Shown here: positions 58,059 through 64,000 of the stretch, piece by piece
Layout of the letters: every line of letters begins with the position of its first letter
How positions within the stretch are numbered: the stretch's first letter is position 1
The notes under the pieces: model-generated
Databases searched by the model: none
What the model saw: the letters and a program-made list of their open reading frames with translations, nothing else
Told to the model about the DNA's origin: nothing
Program-made: the position numbers and the translations under genes
Source of the DNA: an uncultured Bdellovibrionales bacterium
Lineage (GTDB): Bacteria > Patescibacteriota > Minisyncoccia > Moranbacterales > UBA1568
NCBI GenBank assembly: GCA_964597355.1
Contig: CAZQWS010000001.1
Span: forward strand, 24,279 to 88,278
Length of the DNA stretch: 64,000 nt
Reading direction: 5' to 3'

Positions 58059-58702
58059 TCGGGTAGTAGACTGAGCTATCAATGACCGGCTCGAAAGCCG
58101 ACTGGGTGCAAAATCTGTCATAAAGGATGTGTCCTTTGTTACCTACGTTTGCTACGCATGGCCACAAAGACACAAGCCCCATGCTATCAAAAAACCAGAG
58201 GCCAGTCAATGCATTTTGCCTCTTTTTTCGTTTACTTTGGCTTATTTAAAGCAAAATTATCATTTTTAAAAAGTAAATACTAAACAATACAGTTATAAAA
58301 TGTCAATATACGTGCTATACAGTGATACGTATAAAGGATATTGCAGAGATTATGTGGGACGGAATTTTTCTATTGAAAAGGTCAAATTAGCTTATGACGA
58401 TATCTACTCTAACTGTTTAAAATAAAGCAATGTCTCTACCGCTATCAAGAGTGTGGGGTTAAAAACGCGCCCTTGCTAAAAGGCTCTAAATAGGGCTTTT
58501 TTTAGTTGACCCTGTTAGAGAACACCGTGCCTACACGACTTCAGCCACTAATAGCGACTTTTCTCCCATGAACCAAGCTTGACGACCATGCAGTTTTCGC
58601 TATTATAGGCCCAGCAGAAATAGGGGGTTTTCACCCCACTTTTGCCCCAAATAGTCCGCTCTTACAGGGGCTTTAACAATCAAACTCACTTAGGAGACCA
58701 CC

Positions 58703-59303
58703 ATGGTCAAGCTCTCGCGTATGATTTTCGCGGCCTTGGCCGCTGGTGTAGTCCTCGCTCTCACCGCTTGCGGTGGAGGAGAAGAGGCGGCAGCAGAGGC
58801 CTTTACCGGCCAAGCTATATCGCCAATCCCCAAGCCCTCGACCTCTCCCAGGCCAAGCAGCGGGCGCTCGCAACTCCGGCTGTAACCGCTGCTTTAACCA
58901 TCGTCAACCTCGCGAGCGGCACTACCCAAAGTGTCGACTGGTCCGGTATCTTCGGGAAGTTCGCTTATCCGATCGATCTCGAACTGGACGAGGCCAAGGG
59001 AGTGTACTATGTCTCTGATTGGCTGAACTCGATCCGGGTCATGAGCCTGGTAACGAATCAGCAGATCGCGGTGATCACTCTTTCGGGAGGCAGGGTGCCG
59101 CGTGGCATGGTTATGGCAGCGGGAGACCTGTGAGTAGCCGCTCCTCAGAGGGATACCTTCTACACGGATGCTCAGACGGTCTACCGTATCGACCAAGTCA
59201 CTCGTACGGTGAAGCAAACGATTCCTCTCGGGACTCCACGTCAAAACGGAGTCGGCTTCTTGCCCTGGGACCTCGCGGTCTACGAGCGGACCGAAATCCA
59301 GTG
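58703..59303 (+). pseudogene. Disrupted lipoprotein gene (NHL/beta-propeller-like repeats) with a frameshift and an in-frame TGA
   Basis: Frame 2 encodes a lipobox signal peptide MVKLSRMIFAALAAGVVLALTACGG and then stops at 58885. The protein-like sequence continues in frame 1 (...GVYYVSDWLNSIRVMSL...) up to a TGA at 59131. It resumes in frame 1 (VAAPQRDTFYTDAQTVYRIDQ...) to 59303. GC-rich islet in AT-rich surroundings. Confidence 0.55.
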
Positions 59304-59438
59304 ATCCTTTCATCGCTCTTGTCGGGAGACGCTGAGTGATGAGTGAGTAAGTACCTTGAGACCCGCACGGTGTGTAACAACACTGCTGCGGGTCTTTACT
59401 TTTCCACTATTCAAAATCACAAGCTCCAATCCCCCCCC

Positions 59439-60003
59439 TTACCAAGCCTGGAAACTCTGGTAAATTTCTTCAACCTCCTTTTCCAAATCTACTGGCATCT
59501 GTCGAAAACCATTTTCGAAGGCATCCAGAGAGATTTTGTAAAAGGCATACTGGTCATTGGTACCTAAGTAGTGGGCTTTGTTTTGGAGGACTCCCCCTCC
59601 CATCTTTAGGTACTCCCTGGATATAGCTCGAACTCCGACCAACATCACGCCGTGCGTCAGATCCTGAGGAGACTCGAGCTGGTCCACGTACCGCTCTACC
59701 GGCAAACTAATACTCACTAGTTTGGTTGCGTGATCAGGCACCCCTGTTTCAAGTACCTGATACTCAGTCCATGTCTTAGGAAGTTCAAATGAAAAGCCAA
59801 GCGTATCATTTTCGTAGAGTAAACGATCAGGATTAGGGACTCTTTTCTCGGCCTGCACTTTGACTACTGGCGGATACATAGCCGAAAGCTGCAGCGTCTG
59901 ATTGTCATCTCCATACTTAACAATCAGCATAGCCATGAAAGCCAAACTAAGCAAACCAATCATGACCACTCCAAGACGTTGCCAATTAATACTCATTTCA
60001 TTC
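59439..60003 (-). CDS. Hypothetical membrane-anchored protein
   Basis: Start MNEMSINWQRLGVVMIGLLSLAFMAMLIV at 60003, just downstream of the giant gene's stop. The track's upstream extension overlaps that gene. Confidence 0.5.
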
Positions 60004-60040
60004 ATAAGGCTTTGGATAGACCTTGTGGAAAAGAGGAGGG

Positions 60041-63000
60041 TTACTGCCCTACCTCTTTCCAGTTGAGATCGCGACAGGTTGTCGTCGTACAACTTTCCTC
60101 CTCGGTAGTCACCACACAAGCATTGGTAGTCACGGTACGAGAACGGGTACCGTCTCCTCCGGCGCAAGGTGGGCCACAAGCACTCCAACTACTGACACTG
60201 GCAGTACAAGCCAAATTTACCGTCACTTGTCGAATTGTAACGACACCACTCGCATTCTGACAAGAGAGAATGTAGTCCCCGCTTGGAACAACAGCAGTGG
60301 TATCTTCTGTTCCACCAGTCGTATTCTTGGCGCCAGACCATTTCCCACTTGCGGTACAATCCGTAGCTCCACTCACCGTCCAAGTGATAGTCAACGCGTC
60401 ACCTGGAGCTGCCGTAATCGGACCAGTTGAACCATTGACAGTCAGACTCACAGCAGGAGCTGGGTCACAACGACCAGCTACGATATTCCAGCCCGTTCCT
60501 GCGACACAGTCAGCTATGAGCGCATCCGTGTCATATACGATTCCAGTGGCGGCATCTCTCAAAGTCACCGCGTGGGAACCATAGGAGATGTCAAATGACC
60601 GATTATTCTCGGAAGCGCTAAATACCTGGGCCGGAGTAGCTCCACTCACTTCGAGCACTGGATTAATAAGGCTCGTTGTGTTCCAAGTCGCCAATCCAGG
60701 ACAGATGCTCTGTCCTGATGGAATAGAACAGGAGGTTACACCGAGGATTTGGCCGCTAGCTACCTTGAATTCCGAGCAAACTGCAATGGGATATCCAGCA
60801 CTCTGACATTGCCATGACCAGAAAGCTCCCGCGTCAAACCGCTCGATACTTGAGCCAGAAATACAGTTGTAGTGGTTAAAATCACACTGCGGAGCTCCCC
60901 CAGCACAGACATTGGTCGTACAACTACTGCTACAGGCTGCTGGACAAGATCCGTTAGCTCCACCAGCATCACACTGTTCGCCAGAATCCACATGGCCATC
61001 ACCACATACCCCGCTCGGAATAACGGTTGCCCAACAAGGCTGGGTTGTTCCTCCACCAGAACCTACACAATTCCATTGCCAGAAATCTCCATTGTTATTC
61101 ACTGTCGATGAGCTGCCAGCAGTACAGCGACTCCCCGCAGGTGGTGTCGATACATATGCTCCCAGATGAGCTGGCCCACAGACGCCATCGACGACTCCAG
61201 CACAGACATTGGTCGTGCAACTGTTGCTACAGGCTGCTGGACAGACCCCTCGAGCACCACCCGTATCACATTGTTCACTACCTTCGGTAATACCATTGCC
61301 ACAAATAGCTACACAGGCGCTCGGTGCACTTCGCACGACACCGCCACTATAACCAGAACTACCACCTGGACCATTGGATCGGACCGTATAGCTATGGCTC
61401 GATCCAGCCGTGAGTCCCGTATGGTTATAGTTGGTACTTGCGCCAGAGTAAATAGTGGTGGAACCATCACGGAGAGTGTAGCTAGTAGCTCCCGATACCG
61501 GACTCCAGGAAACACTGATCGTACCCGTGCCACAAGCTCCCGCCGTAGCCGAAAGGCTATTGGGCACGTCATCGCCAGGTCCGCCAGTTCCGCAACAACT
61601 GCCGCCAGTTGCGTCTGAAACAATCACTCCAACAGAGTCAGTATCTGAACCGTTAGCATTGTCACAGGTTATTTTATACGGATGGGTCCCAACCCCTAGA
61701 GTAGCTCCCGACAAAGTCCGACTACCGTTGGGTGAGGTTGAGTTTACATCTGTTCCCGAAATCCTACATGTTCCTCCGCTTAGATTAGTCACTTCCCAAT
61801 CGATGCGAGCGTTTTGACTAGTGGTAATACTCGCGTTTGGCCCCGAAGCATGAACTCTCTTGTTGTCTCCTGTAATCCAGGACAGTGCCTTCTGCCACCA
61901 AGTTTGTGTTTCAAATGCTACCGGACCAGTAGCGGTGATGGTGACATCGGGAGGAGCCAGTGAGAGCAAAATGGCTGCACAGATTTGCGAACTGGGTTTG
62001 TTGTAACATGTCCAGGATACGTTCGTCCCAGTGACTTGATAATTTCTCCTATCACCAACTTGGCAATACACCTGCATGAGTGGAGCGTTATCAGTAGGCA
62101 TAGAACCAGTATACGTCCGTCCATTGGCCGACCCACAAAGTGGCGGTTGGCGATACGCCACACAGGCTTCACTATTGTTCCCACCATTCTGGCCCATACA
62201 CTGCCAAAATACTCCGAGGAAGTATCCCGGCCCACCTGGTATAAGATTTCCATTGGAATCAAAGCTATCCGACGACTTCCAAGTTTGCGGGCCATTCCCC
62301 ACTACACCCTTGCTACACATAGTACCGCTCGCTATCAAATCACCAGTATCAGTATATCCTCTGTCATTCGCTGAACCACAAACACCATCGACCCTAGCTG
62401 CCGCTTGGCAACTACTCCCATTCCAACTTGTTCCTCCCGTGCAAGAAGATGAAACGGTAACTTGATCGAGGACGGGACCATTGGCTGCCCCACTATGTAT
62501 TCGGTAACAACCCGAATTGTACGGAACGTAAATACCGCTAGCGGATTGGGAACCCGTTCCACGAGAAGCCAAGGAAACATCGGCGCAATTGGTAAGCACT
62601 ACCGTAGCCGCGCCAGAGGAAGTCCAGCCAAGCGTCGTGTTGCAACCCGCTCCATTGGTCGCGATAGTACAGGCTGGCGTACTCGTAAAGCTCCCTGTAG
62701 CAGCCGCCGTAATAACCAATGTGTCCGTATCGGTACTACTGACTGAGCCAGAACCATTGGGACCAGACCAACAACGGGTAGTAAACGTCCAGCTTCCGGC
62801 GCCAGTCGGACCCGATATGTTCATGCTCGTTGTGTTGTCCGAACGTGGTAGTTCGATCCAATTGCCAGGATCACGCTCTACCTCGCAACTCTGCGCGTTG
62901 GTAGAAGAAAGAACATAATTGATCAGCGTCCCTTCAGGCACCGGCCCACTCGGAGAAACCGACAATGAGGCGGTAGGGGTAACGGGTGTGACAGTAAGAC

Positions 63001-64000
63001 TAATTTGACGAGCAACAGGAGTAATATACCCAGACGATCCGACAGACACGGTAATCGTAAATGAGCCAGCAACCGCCGGTGCGTTCACCACGCGAGGAGC
63101 CGGAATATCAATCCCTCCGGTGAGCTGTCCTCTGTTATATGAACTGGGTACTAAATCCGCGCCTCCGTTTATCCTGACTACAGGACTCGTCGGAGCATAG
63201 GGAGCATCATCACTACTTATATATATGTCAATATCAATCGGTTCATTGGGAGCATAGGTATCTTTGTTGGTATCAACACTAATAAAGAGCGTGTTAGCAG
63301 TACTACAAGTATAGCGAGTCGTATCACAGGCGAGATAAAAACTTTGGGAAGCTGCTTCGGCCTGTTTGACTTCTAGTCCAAAGAATACTGGGATCGCAAA
63401 GACAACAGAGAGGAGTGGCATCATCATGCGACGAGCACGCGTCCGGCGTTTGATAAGGTAGCCAGCGGCCAAGACAAGCGCCGCTACACCACCGAGGATT
63501 ATCCACGGAGAAGCTTTTGCGAATCCCCGCTCCTCACTCTGTCTATTAGCCATAGGCGTATCATCATTTGTTATCCATTGGTCAATCTGTTTTCCTTTGA
63601 TGGAAAGTATCGCCATCACCTTGGGAGCGACACAGTTAGACTGCAATACAAACTCTGCTTCATGCGTACTCACTCCTTGGAGCGTGGCACGGATAGGACC
63701 GGCGCATGGCACTCCATTCGAGCTAAGTTCGAGCAAGAGCTCATATTCGCTCTCGTCGTAGAGCCTGATCTCCGCTGTCACTGGTACCGTCTCACCCGAT
63801 TGGAAATGTTGCCCATCATAACGAGTTACGCCCAACAACTTCCCTCCCGATCCGGGGACCATTACTGTCGTCATAAACGGGACTCCAACGGCATGTCCTC
63901 CAGTAGCCGTTGGTACAATTTCCAGGTAGTACACTCCTGGCTCAGTCATTTCAGAAACTACCACATTCCCAGCCGCAAAAGAGTCTGTCCGAGCCACTGT
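60041..64000 (-). CDS. Giant cysteine-rich repeat surface protein (>1318 aa; N-terminus beyond the window) with FN3 domain and Myxococcus-type cysteine-rich repeats
   Basis: Open frame from the window edge to the stop at 60041. Two repeats CG(N/D)G..(E/D)(S/G)(S/G)EQCD.GGA.G.CPAACS.SCTTNVCAG. Four ~50-aa repeats with CG.A...Y...P....C..G......W.W.C spacing. An FN3-like segment (VSWSPVSGATSYTL...YTVRS). Thr/Ser/Gly-rich beta-sandwich regions. A TM segment plus basic patch (KRRTRARR) is followed by a second hydrophobic segment MMMPLLSVVFAIPVFFGL. Confidence 0.8.
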   Translation of the reverse strand, partial: TVARTDSFAAGNVVVSEMTEPGVYYLEIVPTATGGHAVGVPFMTTVMVPGSGGKLLGVTRYDGQHFQSGETVPVTAEIRLYDESEYELLLELSSNGVPCAGPIRATLQGVSTHEAEFVLQSNCVAPKVMAILSIKGKQIDQWITNDDTPMANRQSEERGFAKASPWIILGGVAALVLAAGYLIKRRTRARRMMMPLLSVVFAIPVFFGLEVKQAEAASQSFYLACDTTRYTCSTANTLFISVDTNKDTYAPNEPIDIDIYISSDDAPYAPTSPVVRINGGADLVPSSYNRGQLTGGIDIPAPRVVNAPAVAGSFTITVSVGSSGYITPVARQISLTVTPVTPTASLSVSPSGPVPEGTLINYVLSSTNAQSCEVERDPGNWIELPRSDNTTSMNISGPTGAGSWTFTTRCWSGPNGSGSVSSTDTDTLVITAAATGSFTSTPACTIATNGAGCNTTLGWTSSGAATVVLTNCADVSLASRGTGSQSASGIYVPYNSGCYRIHSGAANGPVLDQVTVSSSCTGGTSWNGSSCQAAARVDGVCGSANDRGYTDTGDLIASGTMCSKGVVGNGPQTWKSSDSFDSNGNLIPGGPGYFLGVFWQCMGQNGGNNSEACVAYRQPPLCGSANGRTYTGSMPTDNAPLMQVYCQVGDRRNYQVTGTNVSWTCYNKPSSQICAAILLSLAPPDVTITATGPVAFETQTWWQKALSWITGDNKRVHASGPNASITTSQNARIDWEVTNLSGGTCRISGTDVNSTSPNGSRTLSGATLGVGTHPYKITCDNANGSDTDSVGVIVSDATGGSCCGTGGPGDDVPNSLSATAGACGTGTISVSWSPVSGATSYTLRDGSTTIYSGASTNYNHTGLTAGSSHSYTVRSNGPGGSSGYSGGVVRSAPSACVAICGNGITEGSEQCDTGGARGVCPAACSNSCTTNVCAGVVDGVCGPAHLGAYVSTPPAGSRCTAGSSSTVNNNGDFWQWNCVGSGGGTTQPCWATVIPSGVCGDGHVDSGEQCDAGGANGSCPAACSSSCTTNVCAGGAPQCDFNHYNCISGSSIERFDAGAFWSWQCQSAGYPIAVCSEFKVASGQILGVTSCSIPSGQSICPGLATWNTTSLINPVLEVSGATPAQVFSASENNRSFDISYGSHAVTLRDAATGIVYDTDALIADCVAGTGWNIVAGRCDPAPAVSLTVNGSTGPITAAPGDALTITWTVSGATDCTASGKWSGAKNTTGGTEDTTAVVPSGDYILSCQNASGVVTIRQVTVNLACTASVSSWSACGPPCAGGDGTRSRTVTTNACVVTTEEESCTTTTCRDLNWKEVGQ

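Noticed and set aside
59131-59133. Possibility that TGA is a sense codon (alternative genetic code as in some CPR lineages)
   Set aside because: tyrS and the GH-A glycosidase terminate cleanly at TGA. Most genes end in TAA or TAG with normal lengths. So the internal TGA is a disruption.
59019-59339. 106-aa frame-3 ORF
   Set aside because: It overlaps the frame-1 continuation of the lipoprotein pseudogene. Its translation is Gly/Arg/Ser-rich and non-protein-like.
60189-62918. Many small plus-strand ORFs
   Set aside because: They are antisense to the giant cysteine-rich surface-protein gene.
1-64000. CRISPR arrays, transposases/IS elements, integrases, rRNA
   Set aside because: No direct-repeat/spacer periodicity was seen. 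No DDE or tyrosine-recombinase-like ORFs. No rRNA-like conserved stretches.

Overview
This window is gene-dense and mostly coding. The minus strand dominates, with three plus-strand blocks (murA; 24.4-27.8 kb; the suf operon at 42.4-48.0 kb). There is no CRISPR array, rRNA, tRNA or recognisable transposase.

Identifiable content:
- Aminoacyl-tRNA synthetases: pheS/pheT, tyrS, aspS, proS.
- RNA: a minus-strand RNase P RNA that the ORF track cannot show.
- Secretion and cell envelope: secDF, murA, a polyprenyl glycosylphosphotransferase, GT-C and GT1 glycosyltransferases, a membrane-anchored GH-A glycosidase.
- Signalling: a histidine kinase / receiver-only response regulator pair.
- Metabolism and maintenance: ispH, archaeal-type UMP kinase, SpeH-type AdoMet decarboxylase, two-subunit 2-oxoacid:ferredoxin oxidoreductase, exonuclease VII (xseA/xseB).
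- Protein quality control: ClpB, two HtrA-like PDZ proteases (one apparently catalytically degenerate), a parvulin PPIase, an FtsB-like protein, Dus.
- Fe-S assembly: an Rrf2-regulated suf operon (sufC, sufB, short sufD, sufS, sufU, ferredoxin, DUF59/sufT).

The gene repertoire resembles a reduced, uncultivated Patescibacteria/CPR-like bacterium: a four-helix-bundle protein, archaeal-type TyrRS/AspRS/PyrH/SpeH, and a short SufD. This taxonomic call is inference only.

Regions without a standard explanation:
1. An AT-rich island at about 20.0-24.2 kb. It carries an EgtD-like methyltransferase, a SET-domain protein, three copies of a secreted domain and a 328-aa hypothetical protein. Just upstream sit an NNMT/PNMT-family methyltransferase, a PnuC-like membrane protein and SpeH. 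Four SAM-utilising enzymes lie within 5 kb.
2. A GC-rich block at 24.3-27.8 kb, immediately next to that island.
3. A duplicated secD translation-initiation segment that creates a 28-codon upstream ORF.
4. A long hairpin element that sequesters the sufD start codon.
5. An HRDC-XseA fusion.
6. A decayed lipoprotein gene (frameshift plus in-frame TGA) in a GC-rich islet flanked by 580 bp of AT-rich non-coding DNA.
7. At the window edge, a giant cysteine-rich repeat surface protein (more than 1318 aa) with FN3 and Myxococcus-type CGxGxxExGEQCD repeats and an odd double hydrophobic segment.

All calls rest on motif recognition by eye; no searches or computations were run.
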